Source: Mobula hypostoma (taxonomy: Eukaryota). Taken from it: a stretch of 64,000 bases of DNA. This document shows positions 1 to 11,632 of the stretch, in pieces. A model generated the notes under the pieces. That model did no database searches. It was not told the DNA's origin and saw only the letters and a program-made list of their open reading frames with translations. The stretch covers positions 113,772,001 to 113,836,000 of the forward strand of contig NC_086097.1 in NCBI RefSeq assembly GCF_963921235.1. The letters run 5' to 3'. Made by a program: the position numbers and the translations under genes. The stretch's first letter is position 1. The number at the start of each line of letters is the position of its first letter.

Positions 1-281
1 TTCTTTAATATTTAAGCAAGATTACTTTTTTATTTCCATCTTTCACAGTTTCAAAATAACAAAAAAGGAAAGGGGCCCGAAGCAAAAGTTTGGACACCCT
101 GCATGGTCATCTTCTTCTTCTTCTTCTTCTATTTCCGGCTGCTTAGACGCATCTCGGCATATTACAGCCCTCCGCAGGATGTATAATAAATTATAGAACT
201 TCAAGGAACTCAAATTCTCGAATATTACCTAGTCTCACGTATAAACTGAATAATAGACTCTTCAATCAGATGTTGATTTTC

Positions 282-2883
282 TTAATTACCAAACAAGGAT
301 TTAATAGAAAACCAAAATAAGTTTAAACCAGATAGCCTCTTGAACAACATGCTTCTTTCAATTTTGTATCGATTACAGCTCAGCAAAACATGCTGGACTG
401 TCTCTGGACCACCACTGTCACGTAATCCAGTAGGATATCTTCCTATTGTCTTTAAATAATAGTTTAGCCCCCAATGCGCCAACCTAAGTCTTGTTAATTT
501 TACCAAATCTCTACGACTTAAAAGGTAACAGTCTGAGACCTTTTTAACTAGTAATTGACTAGAGAAATAACGCCTGCCCCTCAATTCGATTTTCCAATTC
601 TCCTGCCACTTCTTCTCTATACCTGTTTAAATCCTACTTCTCAATTCTGCTTTGCCTAGGGAAACTCTAATTTCTACTTGCCTGCTCTGTAAGGAAGACT
701 TTGCAATACCATCCACAATTTCATTTCCCTCCATCCCAGCATGCCCAGGTATCCATGAAAGTCTAACTGCACAACCCATCTTCCCTACTCTAAACAACAC
801 TAAAAGAATCTCAATAACTATGTCAGGATGAGCTTTTGATTTATTCCCTTTTATAGCCTCTAAGGCAGCAGCAGAATCCGAACAGATGATAACCCTACGT
901 GGTCGAGAGTCTTCTATCCACCATAAGGCCCAGAGGGCTGCTAATAATTCTGTTGCAAAGACAGAAACACCATCTGAAACCCGGTGACCAATCTTAACTC
1001 CCAGTTGAGACACATACATCCCAAATCCTGCCCTACTGCTCTCTGGGTCCACTGAGCCATCAGTAAAAATCTTCAGATAAGATCCCCATTTATTATTTAA
1101 ATATTCATTTGTGATCAACGCTGATGAAATTGCACTGCTTCCTTGAAGCTGAAAAAGGAGGAATAGGTCTACTTCTCGTTCTGGAAAGAGCCAAAAAGGG
1201 ACGGGTAGCAAGCAAATTTGGTCAACTATGTCTTCCTCAGTCAGTTTCAATTTCACAGCCCAGTTGTTAACCAAATCTAAAAATGGGTATCTTTTAATTT
1301 TACTTTGGTGTTCCAACCTCCCCTGCAAAAGACACTTTGATGGACAACTGCGATTGAATCCATTCAGTTTTGCCTAATACTGCAGGCCCAACTGAATTCG
1401 TCTTAAATGCAGAGGCTCTTCTCCCATCTCCACACATAATGCTGGGACTGATGTTGTTCTAAAAGCTCCACATCAGAGTCTAAGTGCTTTGGACTGCACA
1501 GTGTCTAGTTTTCCAAGCACTGCCATAGCAGTGGAACCATAAATAATACAACCATAATCTATTACTGATCTAATCATAGCTAGATATATTAAGTACATAG
1601 TTTCCTGCCCTGCTCCCCAGTCGCATCCAGCAATAGTTCTCATAACATTTAAAACTTTCTCACATCTTCCAATTGTTTTATCTATATGAACCCTCCAAGT
1701 AAGTCTTTCATCAAACCAGACACCCGAAAAACTTGAATACCTCGACTCTTTCTAGTGGAGAACCATACAGACACAATTCACAGTCAGGAATCTTTCCTCT
1801 AAAGCCAAAAATCATATATTTGGACTTAGAAGCAGAAATCCTAAAACCCCATTTATTAGCCCAGTTTTCAACTGATCTTAAAGACTTTTGTACCTGCCTT
1901 AATATATACTTGATGTTTTTTCCTCTTTTCCAGATTGCACCATCGTCTGCAAACAATGATTTGCCAAATCCTGTCCCTACCTGATCAAAGATGTCATTTA
2001 TCATGACATTAAAAAGAACTGGACTAATGACACTTCCTTGAGGGGTACCATTACCTATTGTAACTGACTTGGAGCTTGTTCCGCCTATTCTTACGTGAAT
2101 TGTCTTTTCTTTAAGGAAATCTTTGATCCAATTTAACATTCTACCTCTAATTCCTGCATCATAGTTTAATTAATAAGCCATCCTTCCATAGTGAGTCATA
2201 TGCTCTTTCAATATCTAGAAATATACTTACCATTACTTCTCTATTTTGAAATGCATTTTTAATATCATGATCTAAAAGGGCAACAGATTCCATTGTTGAT
2301 CTTCCAGTTCTAAAACCACTTTGATAGGCAGCAAAATGTCCCTTGTTTTCCAAAAAATAAAAAGTCTGTTGGTGACCATTCATTCCATAATTTTACAAAG
2401 CACTGACGTTAAAGCTATAGGCCGATACGAACTAGGACTAGATGCGTCCTTACCTGGCTTTAAAACTGGAGCTACCACCGCATGCTTCCATTCTACTGGT
2501 AATTTTCCTTCTTTCCACACTGAATTAAACAATGCTAGAATTTCTATTAATACAGAATCATCTAAATACTTAAGCAATTCATAACACAGTCCATCCCTAC
2601 CAGGAGAAGTGTTTGAACCTGATTGGACAGCTTCCTGCAATTCCTGAAGGGAGAAAAACAAATTTATGGAGCTATTATCATCCAAAATCCCGTCCAATTT
2701 CCAACTTTCCTTTAACATAATTTCCTTTCTCCAATCACTTAACTCTCCAGAACTGTGTAACGCTTGGAACACCTCTGCAAACATATCAGCCTTTTCCTTA
2801 TTGGTTACAGTTTCAATATCTCCTTTCAGCAAAGCTGGGATAGATGGTTTCCTATATATCCCTGACATTCTGCGAATGATCGC
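282..2883 (-). pseudogene. Nimb/I LINE ORF2, RT - RNase H - zinc-finger part (frameshifted)
   Basis: RT motifs SYRPIALTS, FLDIERAYD, GTPQGSVISP and FADD. RNase H motifs IFTDGS, SDS and WIPGHAGMEGNEIVD. C-terminal ETVQHVLLSC. Confidence 0.9.
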
Positions 2884-3857
2884 TGTTACGTACCCCGTAA
2901 CTAGGTTGCCAAACCAGCAGAAATGGACCGCTTAGTTGGAGTCTGGATTACTGGAACTAAGAAAGTTTTATTAAAGAAATAAGTAACACAGCACTCTAAA
3001 CGTAAGGATATAAATGCAACACACATCAAAGTTGCTGGTGAACGCAGCAGGCCAGGCAGCATCTCTAGGAAGAGGTACAGTCGACGTTTCAGGCCGAGAC
3101 CCTTCGTCCTGACTTGAATTTCCAGCATCTGCAGAATTCCTGTTGTTTACGAGGATATAAATGCAATGGGTTAGCAATGATAAAACACACATGTACACAG
3201 AACTAGGATAATAGGAATCAATCAAGCTCTATCGCAGTCTAGCGGTAAAATGATCAGTCTCAAGTGACGCAGAGTTCAGTTTAGTATAGTTCGCAGCAAT
3301 CGCTGTTGTGCCGTTGGAGAGAGAATATGCAAATCGGATTCAGACAGACCTTTGTTCTTCGCAGTTAGCTTTTGGCGCGAGCCCTTTTAATATCTTCTGA
3401 GGTCACCGACTGTGACCCCTCCGTTCCGGATACGATCGTTCTTCTGCGGTGAACCCGGCACCCAGGCAAGGGTGGACACAAACACCAGGTTCCCACCGAT
3501 CATACCTTCTCACCCTGTGCGTCTATGGTCGGTCCCATGACTAGACCTCCAAAAACTCGCACCAACTTGTGGGGGCACACCGCACTTCCAGGGTCTCGTT
3601 ACCTCGTGATCTCGTGGTGTCGTGCTGTGTCTCTTGCCTTAGCAAACCTGTTCCTTTTATCCCCCTGCTGGGGTATCACCTGTCCATCAAACTTCAAACA
3701 GTTCAGGTTCAAAGCAACCAGTCTGACAATACTCGGAACTGTGTCTCTTTTTGTTAATCTCTCTCTTCTCTCATATTAGCATTTTGAATGTTTCCCCATT
3801 GTCTCTCTTATCTCTCTTATTGGCATCAATTTTCTGATAACTTGGTCTTTTGTCACA
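2884..3857 (-). repeat. 3' LTR of the Gypsy element, containing an insert of about 130 bp
   Basis: tgttacg...gtcaca. Direct repeat of 8328-9160. Confidence 0.95.
3020..3151. mobile_element. Penelope-derived mini-element inserted in the 3' LTR
   Basis: 15-bp TSD aggatataaatgcaa (3005-3019, 3152-3166). Absent from the other LTR. Same sequence family as 15520-15730. Confidence 0.85.
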
Positions 3858-4027
3858 CCCCTATCCTTCAAAGGATTTTTACCAGGGTAAAAATTATAGG
3901 CATGAATACACTATTAGATACACACAAATATACATGTTCATCAGCTAATTGGCTAATACAGAGAACTTTAAGTTGTCAACACCTTGACAGGCAGTCAACA
4001 ATCACCTTTCCGTTCCTTTTATAGGTG

Positions 4028-5115
4028 TTATTTTAATAATCCTCTAAGACCAGGCTCCAACTTAGCAAACTTCATAGTGGCCAAAAACACTAATGAGTTG
4101 TGATCAGTGTAACTTCTCAATGGTTTTCGTCCCGGACACAGATAACAAGGGTCGTCCCACACCAACTTAGCAAGTAATATCCACAAAGTTTTTTTTTTGC
4201 AGAACTTCCGATAGTACCCCACCATCCCCAAGAACCTTCTCAGGGCTCTCTTGTCTGTTGGGGTGGGGACTTCTGAGATAGCCCGCACCTTAGCCTGCAT
4301 CGGAGCCAGCTGCCCCTGTCCTACCACAAATCCCAGATAAGTGATCTTCGCGTGCCGAACTCACTTTTTGCGAGGTTTACTGTCAGGTTGGCTTCAGACA
4401 GCCGTTTAAACAGTTCCTCTACTGCCACAATGTGCTCCTCCCACGTGTCACTCCAGACCACTAAATCATCAATATATGCTTCTGTGTTCCTTAATCCCTT
4501 TATCACTGAATTAATCATCCTCTGGAAGGTCCCTGGGGCATTTTTCATGCCAAAAGGTAAAACATTATACTCGTATAAACCGGAGGGAGTGACAAATGCT
4601 GAGATTTCTCTAGCCCAGTCGGTTAAAGGAATGCACCAGTACCCTTTTAGCAAATCGATCTTTGTGATGTACTTAGCTCTCCCCACTTTATCGATGCAAT
4701 CGTCTACCCTTGGAATGGGATAAGCATCAGTTTTTTTGATGGCGTTCACTTTTCTGTAATCTGTACAGAATCGTATGCTCCCATTGACTTTTGGGACAAC
4801 CACACAGGGGGACACCCATTCCGACTTGGATGGCCTAATAATATCTGTGGCTAGCATGTGTTCAATTTCTTTCTCCACTAGCTTGCCCTTCTCCAAGTTC
4901 ATCCTATAGGGGTGTTGTTTAATAGGCTGGTCTGAGGTGACAACAACATCATGCACTGTCCCTTTGCATCGCCTCGGGACATCGGGCCATACATCTGCAT
5001 GCCGGTTAATTAGCTTTATCAATGGCCCGCTTTGTTCGGGGGTTAGGTGAGAGACCTTATCAGCAAAATTAGCCAAAACAATAGAGTTCTCCAATTGGGT
5101 CGGCACCATATTCAT
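4028..5115 (-). pseudogene. Gypsy reverse transcriptase, with RNase H mostly deleted
   Basis: IRFCTDYRKVN, DLLKGYW, LPFGMKNAP, YIDD and FLGMVGYYRKF, then an abrupt jump to YTDHNSL. Confidence 0.88.
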
Positions 5116-6020
5116 CTTTTCAAGATGGGTTTCCCCGTATCATTTGCCACCCCAGCCTCATTAATTTTCATGATAACACCAACTAGATCTGCTTTCTGAT
5201 CGTAGTAAGCTTTTAACATGTTAATGTGTTCCAACTGTGTGGGTTTACGCCTGTCCGGCGTTTCGAGAACATAATTCAAAGGGTCTATCTTTTTAATTAC
5301 CTTGTACGGACCGTGGAATCTCGCCTGGAGGGGGTTGGTTACCACTGGGAACAGAACTAAGACCCGATCGCCCACTTGGAACACTTGTTCGCGGGCACGC
5401 CTATCATACCATTGTTTCATTTTAGTTTGGGAGTGTCGCAGATTTTCTTTGGCAGGGTCACCGATCCTTTCAAGCCACTCACAAAATTTTAAAACATAAT
5501 CAATCACATTAACTTGGACTGCCGGACTGGACCATTGCTCTTTCAGTAAGGTCAGGGGACCTCTGGGCCGATGACCGAAGACGAGCTTGAATGGGCTGAA
5601 CCCTAATGACTCTTGAACCATGTCCCTCACGGCAAATAACAAGAGGGGCAAAGCATCATCCCAGCCCCTAGCGTTCACTTAACAATAAATTTTAATCATG
5701 GTCTTTAATGTTGCGTGGAATCTTTCCAACGCCCCTTGGGACTCTGGGTGGTACGTGGAGGCCAAAATCTGCTTTGCTCCCATCTCATCCAACATCCGTT
5801 GGAATGTGTGAGATGTGAAGACACTCCCCTGATCTGACTGGATTTCCCTGGGCAGCCCCACCATAGTGAAAAATTTCACAAGCGCCTTTACCACTGCGGG
5901 AGCCTTGACGCTTGCCAGGGGCACTGCCTCCGGAAACCTGGTGGCAGCGCACATCATAGTCATCACATACTCTCGCCCACTCACAGTTCTGGGCAGGGGA
6001 CTGACAAAATCCACAATTAT
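5112..6020 (-). pseudogene. Gypsy integrase core and C-terminus, broken by stops
   Basis: DFVSPLP, SDQGSVF, YHPESQGALERFH, GFSPFKLVFG and GPY motifs. Confidence 0.88.
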
Positions 6021-8228
6021 TCAGGAGAAAGTTTCCACGAAAGCGGGTATCGGTCGAAGGGGCGCTTTAGGCAGGACCTGATTTGGCTTTCCTACCACCT
6101 GACATAAATGACATTGCCTACAATATTCAACAATATCCTTCCTCATGTTCGGCCAGTAAAACTCTTTCATAATTCTGTCGACTGTCTTCCTCACCCCAAA
6201 ATGTCCACCGAGGGGTACCTTGTGGGCCAGGTTAAAAATCTCGCCCCTATAAATTTTCGGCACTACCACCTGGTGTACAACTCCCCATTCCTCACCTGCG
6301 GGCACGGTACGTGGTCTCCATTTCCTCATTAGTACTCCCTCCTTCACATAATAGCCCATTGGCTCCCTTTTTAATTCTGCTTCAGAGAGAGCTGTCTCCG
6401 CCAAAACCATCAGCTCCTCTTCTCGCTCCTGTGCCTGTATAAAGTCCTTTCTTGCTAATGCTAAGTCTACCTCAACTCCCTCACTTCCTCCTGTTTCACT
6501 ACGCTCCTTCTTTTCACTTTCTAACCCCCACTGGTACAAGGCTGGTAAAAACATCTCCGCTAAATCTATATTAGCTTCGGTAGCCTTTCTGGACATGCGC
6601 TGAGTCACTGCGCAAACGGGATAAACCTGTGAGTCCATGGACGGGGCCTCAATGCTGGTAGGCTGGCTTGTCAATCTTACTGCTGGGTCCACCTCTCCGC
6701 CGGCGAGGTCATTACCGAGTAAGACCTCCACGTCTTCCATCGGTAGTTCGGGACTCACCCCGATCGTGACCAGTCCGGAGACCAAGTCTCTTTGTAGGTG
6801 TATCTGGTGCAAAGGTACTGCTTCAGTCCCTTTCCCAATGCCTTTGATCACACTGACCTCCCCAGTCTCGGTCTCTGAACTAAACTCTAAAATACTCCTT
6901 AAGATCAGTGACTGACAAGCTCCCATGTCCCTCCAGATCTGCACTGGAACTGGGTTTGACCCCTCCTTCACCGACACCAATCCTGCCGAAGTAAACTTCT
7001 CACACCCTTCCTGAACTTTATCAGACCTCTTCTCCCCTAGCAGTTTGTTTGCCGGCTCAATACAGCCAGTCGAAACCACCATTTTTCCTTTCCCCATCTC
7101 CTTCTTTGGGGCAAAGCACCTGGACGCAAAGTGTCCGGCTTTCCCACAATTATAGCATACAACCCCAGGAGACTTCCTACCAAATTGCTCCCGGTCTACC
7201 TTATCCTTCTCACTAGTCCCCGGCTTACATTCTGACTTTCCTGGCGGACTCTGCCCGCTGTCCTGACTACCCTTCTGGTAGCCTTTACTCGGGGTAAACT
7301 TTGTTTTATGTGTCAACGCATACTCATCCGCTAACTTAGCAGTTGCGGCTAAGGTGTCTTCCTCTTTCTCATCTAGGTAGGGTCTCATACCTTCAGGGAC
7401 ACAACCTTTAAACTGCTCAATCAGGATTAGCTGTAGCAGTCTGTCATAATCCCCATTGACCCCTTTCGAGGCGCACCAACCCTCACAATATGTCTGTATC
7501 TCACGGGCAAACTCTAAATACGTTCGGTCCCACTGCTTCCTCGCATTCTGGAACCTCTCCCGGTATGCCTCCGGGACGAACTCATAAATCCTGAGGATGG
7601 CCTCCTTCACCACATCATACCTCTGGGCATCTTCTGTGGACAAGGCCGAGTAAGCTTGTTGTGCTTTTCCTTTTGGTACACTCTGAAGCAAAACAGCCCA
7701 CTTATCCCTTGGCCAGTCCTGACTTGCAGCAACTTTTTCAAAATGGAGAAAGTACTGATCAATATCGGTCTTGTCAAATGGGGGAACCAGCCTAACCTCC
7801 TGAGTTGCCCTGAACCCTCCACCTTGGTTCAGCATGGGCCCCTGCGCTGCTGTCATCTTTAACTTCTCCAGCTCAAATTCCCTTTCCTTCTGTTTCTCCA
7901 ACTGCCTCTCTCTCTCTTGCCGTTCTAACTGTTTCTCTTCGTGTTCTAGCTGCCTTACCCGGAACTCGTGCTCGAGTCTCAATTTTTCAATCTGCACCTG
8001 TACTGCGTCTCCACCAGGTTTTCCAATAGATATCACCTCCAGCTCCCCTTGGGGAAACACACCTTTAGACACATAATGCTCAATGATAGCTCTGTGCATC
8101 TCCGCTCTCCTCACTGTCGACTTCCCCTTAAAAAGATTCAACCGTTTGGCCACAGCTGCCAATTCTGCTCTCCTGGCATCCTCTAATGCCTCCAAGGTCG
8201 GCGCCTTTAGAAATTCCTCAATCTCCAT
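6021..8228 (-). CDS. Gypsy Gag (coiled coil, SCAN-like capsid, CCHC knuckle) - protease - integrase H2C2 N-terminus, 735-aa ORF
   Basis: YEFVPEAYRERF...LILIEQFKGCVP SCAN-like region, CYNCGKAGHFASRC, degenerate protease RDMGACQS...LLGNDL, and HKVPLGGH...CRQCHLC. Confidence 0.85.
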   Translation of the reverse strand: MEIEEFLKAPTLEALEDARRAELAAVAKRLNLFKGKSTVRRAEMHRAIIEHYVSKGVFPQGELEVISIGKPGGDAVQVQIEKLRLEHEFRVRQLEHEEKQLERQERERQLEKQKEREFELEKLKMTAAQGPMLNQGGGFRATQEVRLVPPFDKTDIDQYFLHFEKVAASQDWPRDKWAVLLQSVPKGKAQQAYSALSTEDAQRYDVVKEAILRIYEFVPEAYRERFQNARKQWDRTYLEFAREIQTYCEGWCASKGVNGDYDRLLQLILIEQFKGCVPEGMRPYLDEKEEDTLAATAKLADEYALTHKTKFTPSKGYQKGSQDSGQSPPGKSECKPGTSEKDKVDREQFGRKSPGVVCYNCGKAGHFASRCFAPKKEMGKGKMVVSTGCIEPANKLLGEKRSDKVQEGCEKFTSAGLVSVKEGSNPVPVQIWRDMGACQSLILRSILEFSSETETGEVSVIKGIGKGTEAVPLHQIHLQRDLVSGLVTIGVSPELPMEDVEVLLGNDLAGGEVDPAVRLTSQPTSIEAPSMDSQVYPVCAVTQRMSRKATEANIDLAEMFLPALYQWGLESEKKERSETGGSEGVEVDLALARKDFIQAQEREEELMVLAETALSEAELKREPMGYYVKEGVLMRKWRPRTVPAGEEWGVVHQVVVPKIYRGEIFNLAHKVPLGGHFGVRKTVDRIMKEFYWPNMRKDIVEYCRQCHLCQVVGKPNQVLPKAPLRPIPAFVETFS

Positions 8229-8307
8229 TTCTGCTGTTTGCCTTTTCTTTCTTTCGGGAATTTTAACCCAATCAATTTACCCCGTCCCCAATTTAGCATT
8301 CAAAATC

Positions 8308-8323
8308 CCAGATGAGAACCCCA
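8308..8323 (-). promoter_or_regulatory. Degenerate primer-binding site, probably tRNA-Pro
   Basis: Minus strand TGGGGTTCTCATCTGG, 4 nt inside the 5' LTR, resembles TGGGGGCTCGTCCGG (complement of the tRNA-Pro 3' end). Confidence 0.6.
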
Positions 8324-8327
8324 CTTA

Positions 8328-9160
8328 TGTTACGTACCCCGTAACTGGGTTGCCAAACCAGCAGAAATGGACCACTTAGTTGGAATCTGGATGACTGGAA
8401 CTAAGAAAGTTTTATTAAAGAAATAAGTAACATAGCACTCTAAACGTAAGGATATAAATGCAACAGGTTAGCAATGATAGAACACACATGTACACAGAAC
8501 TAGGATAATAGGAATCAATCAAGCTCTATCGCAGTCTAGCGGTAAAATGATCAGTCTTAAGTGACGCAGAGTTCAGTTCAGTTTAGTATAGTTCGCAGCA
8601 ATCGCTGTTGTGCCGTTGGAGAGAGAATATGTAAATCGGATTCAGACAGACCTTTGTTCTTCGCAGTTAGCTTTCGGTGCGAGCCCTTTTAATATCTTCT
8701 GAGGTCACCGACTGTGATCCCTCTGTTCCGGATACGATCGTTCTTCTGCGGTGAACCCGGCACCCAGGCAAGGGTGGACACAAACACCAGGTTCCCGCCA
8801 ATTGTACCTTCTCACCCTGTGCGTCTATGGTCAGTCCCGCGACTAGACCTCCAAAAACTCCTACCAACTTGTGGGGGCACACCGCACTTCCAGGGTCTCG
8901 TTACCTCGTGATCTCGTGGTGTCATGCTGTGTCTCTTGCCTTAGTGAACCTGTTCCTTTTATCCCCCTGCTGGGGTATCGCCTGTCCATCAAACTTCAAA
9001 CAGTTCAGGTTCAAAGCAACCGTGTCTGACAATACTCAGAATTGTGTTTCTTTTTGTTAATCTCTCTCATCTCTCATATTAGCATTTTGAATGTTTCCCC
9101 ATTGTCTGTCTTATCTCTCTTATCGACATCAATCTTCTGATAACTTGGTCTTTTGTCACA
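8328..9160 (-). repeat. 5' LTR of the Gypsy element
   Basis: tgttacg...gtcaca, 833 bp. Direct repeat of 2884-3857. Confidence 0.95.
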
Positions 9161-10320
9161 TCGTCCATAGCTGCTTTATAGGTGTCTCAGGGCTCAACAA
9201 AATCTTCTCCAACTATCCCTCTTTGCATTTTTAATTACTCTCCTTGCTACTGCTCTTTCCTTTTTATACTCCATAACATTATCTAACACTGGGTACTTTC
9301 TTCATTTCCTGTAAGCTCTATTTCTGTTTCTTACTGCTATATCACAATTTTTATTCCACCACGGAACTAGTGCTCGAGCCTTAGGAACATTCCGTAGTGG
9401 AATAGTCAACTGAGCAACTTTATGAATTATACAACAGAGGGATTCATTCCAATCATCTATGGAGCCCTCGCTATTAGATTAGATTAGATTAGATTATGAG
9501 GACATGTAGTCCTCTTTTATTGTCATTTAGTACTACATACATTAAGAACTGATACAATATTCCTCCGGTACTAATCTCTTCTATTATATCCACAGCTTTC
9601 TCCTGGTACTCATCCCAATGGGCCAAAGAAAAATTATACCTAGCAGACCTCTCCTCAACTTCTACTATCAAATTTCTACCAAATCTACATAATATAGGAT
9701 AGTGATCACTTCCTAGTGCGTATCTGTCCATAACATCCCATTCCCCAACCCTAGCTAAGTTTGAGGAAGTGCTAGATAATGCTAAGTGACTACAAGTATT
9801 CTTTACAATATTAAGTCTTGTAGGCCTTCTGTCATTTAGCAGTACCATGTTGTATTTATCTAGAAGCTCCTCTACTACTGCTCCATTACTATCTTTACTT
9901 TCACTACCCCATATAGGATTATGGGCATTGAAATCTCCAACCCAGATTACTGGGCATTTTACCTTATTCATAATTTCATCTAAATCTGATAACATCATAT
10001 TACCTGGTTTATAAAAGTTAATCAAAGTTATTTGACCACGACCAAACCTCTACGGCCACAATTTCAAGGTTAGATTTAAAATCAAGTCTTCTAAACTGGA
10101 GTCCTGTTTTTATGAAAGTTGCACACCCTCCATCTGATTTACCCGTTCCGTCAGCTCTCAAACTATCATATCCAGGGATCACAAAGTCTAAATGAGGCTT
10201 TAACCATGTCTCCTGTATACAGATCAAATCAGGCTTGTCTTTAAAAGTTCCAACAAATCTTTTTAATTCTTGACCATTTGCAGATAAACTTTTTGCATTC
10301 CATTGTAATATGAAAAACAT
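9161..10320 (-). pseudogene. Nimb/I LINE ORF2, apurinic endonuclease part (frameshifted)
   Basis: ILQWNAKSL, CIQETWL, GDFNAH and GSDHYPI motifs in ORFs 10018-10353 and 9489-10025. Confidence 0.88.
9474..9570 (-). mobile_element. Short 3'-end fragment of a LINE/SINE with a (TCTAA)n tail, inserted in the Nimb ORF2
   Basis: (ttaga)4 microsatellite, an AATAAA-containing tail on the minus strand and flanking cta duplication. It interrupts the ORF2 reading IEEIS|EGSIDDW. Confidence 0.6.
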
Positions 10321-10485
10321 TGAAATACTAATTATTGGCCTCTTCATCCACATAAAGCTCCTCCGTACTCTCTGATTCCGACAACTGGGAAGTATTCAAT
10401 GATTCTGTCATATACTCAGGTAATTTTTCCGGCGAAATCTGTTTTATATCAAGGAATCTCTCTGCAGCTCCAACAACTGCTTTTA

Positions 10486-11445
10486 TCATATCCGACCTCT
10501 TGGCTGTAGTTTTAGCCCTGACCAGTACATCAACAACAACATGCCTGAAGGAACCATAGTTGGAGAACTTGGAATGAACTGACTCCCCATCATTCCAATC
10601 TTTTCTTTACTTATCCTTTGCTGTCTATTAACTTTCTTTACTGCCTCAGCATATGATATTTTTTGTTGGATACTAACATCTTGAATCTGCTTTGCCTTAC
10701 TAAAATACTCACATCCTCTGAACGCCGCTATGTGGTCCCCTCCACAGTTACTGTATTTAGGCACCGCTGCCTTACATGCTTTAATATCATGATCCTCTCC
10801 ACATTTCATACATCTTCTTTTACCTCGACATGAACCAGCAACGTGTCCAAATCTCTGGCAATTATAACAGGGAGGCCTAATGTATTCTATAACTTGATAA
10901 GACATGCACCCAAGATAGACTCTAGTTGGAAGAACATCACCTGCAAAAACCAGAAGAACAGGAGAATCCCAATTACCACCTTCTCTCGATTTTAAACGTT
11001 TGGCTTCAATCACTCGACCACCTTTAATATTGTCTAACATTTCCTTTTCAGTCATGCCAGACCAAATACCATACACCATCCCCTTAACTCCCTTCCTTTC
11101 TTTCGGAGTAATACACTCCACTTTCACAACCAATTTTCCCACCATTTTAGCGCTGTTATATTGGTCAATATCTTTGCAACAAATTTTCAGCAATCCATTA
11201 GACAAAATCTTGGCCTGGAATCCTTTACCTATTTGGTTCTCTAATGCTGCTGCCACTTTCAAAGGATTAAGGGCTCTAAATCCTCTTCCTCCTTCCTTCT
11301 GACCTTTAGTTTTATACAGAACTATAAATCCCTCCAATCCACTCATTTTCCTCAACTTGTTGTCCCCCATTACTTCAGGTCTTTCTTTTTTGGCTACCCT
11401 TACTTCTGGAATATTCGACAGTCTCCCGCCCTCCTTCAATCTCAA
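10486..11445 (-). pseudogene. Nimb/I LINE ORF1 (Gag-like nucleic-acid-binding protein)
   Basis: CYNCQRFGHVAGSC, CMKCGEDHDIKAC and (Y)SNCGGDH...C knuckles, plus the terminal SYAEAVK motif typical of I/Jockey-group ORF1. Frameshifted near the C-terminus. Confidence 0.85.
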
Positions 11446-11632
11446 CCTCCCCCCTCCCTTTTGCAGCTATAGGCTACAAACTAACCCTTTCCAAACTACT
11501 AGGCTCCTCCATGCCAAAGTCCCCACCCACTCAATCAACAGCCCCAACTGCTAGTCTCCTCCTCTCCCCACCAGCAGTTCCTAACAATCCCGCCTCTCAG
11601 CCAGTCAGCTCTTGCCCGCACACCCTGCATGC

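Larger units (their letters stand above)
2884..9160 (-). mobile_element. Gmr1-like Ty3/Gypsy LTR retrotransposon (gag-PR-IN-RT order), defective provirus
   Basis: Two TG...CA LTRs (2884-3857, 8328-9160) and a 4-bp TSD tcgc/tcgt. A PBS-like TGGGGTTCTCATCTGG follows the 5' LTR on the minus strand and a PPT GAAGGATAGGGG precedes the 3' LTR. Integrase lies upstream of RT. Confidence 0.93.
110..11619 (-). mobile_element. I-group (Nimb-like) non-LTR retrotransposon with RNase H, about 5.1 kb after removing nested inserts
   Basis: 16-bp TSD acaccctgcatg(g/c)tca at 94-109 and 11620-11635. (GAA)n 3' tail at 110-129. ORF1 has CCHC knuckles, and ORF2 has APE, RT, RNase H and a C-terminal zinc-finger remnant. 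Confidence 0.88.

Noticed and set aside
3534..3779. Short ORFs recurring in all three LTR copies (LWGHTALPGSR...)
   Set aside because: Starts, stops and frames differ between copies, consistent with non-coding LTR sequence.
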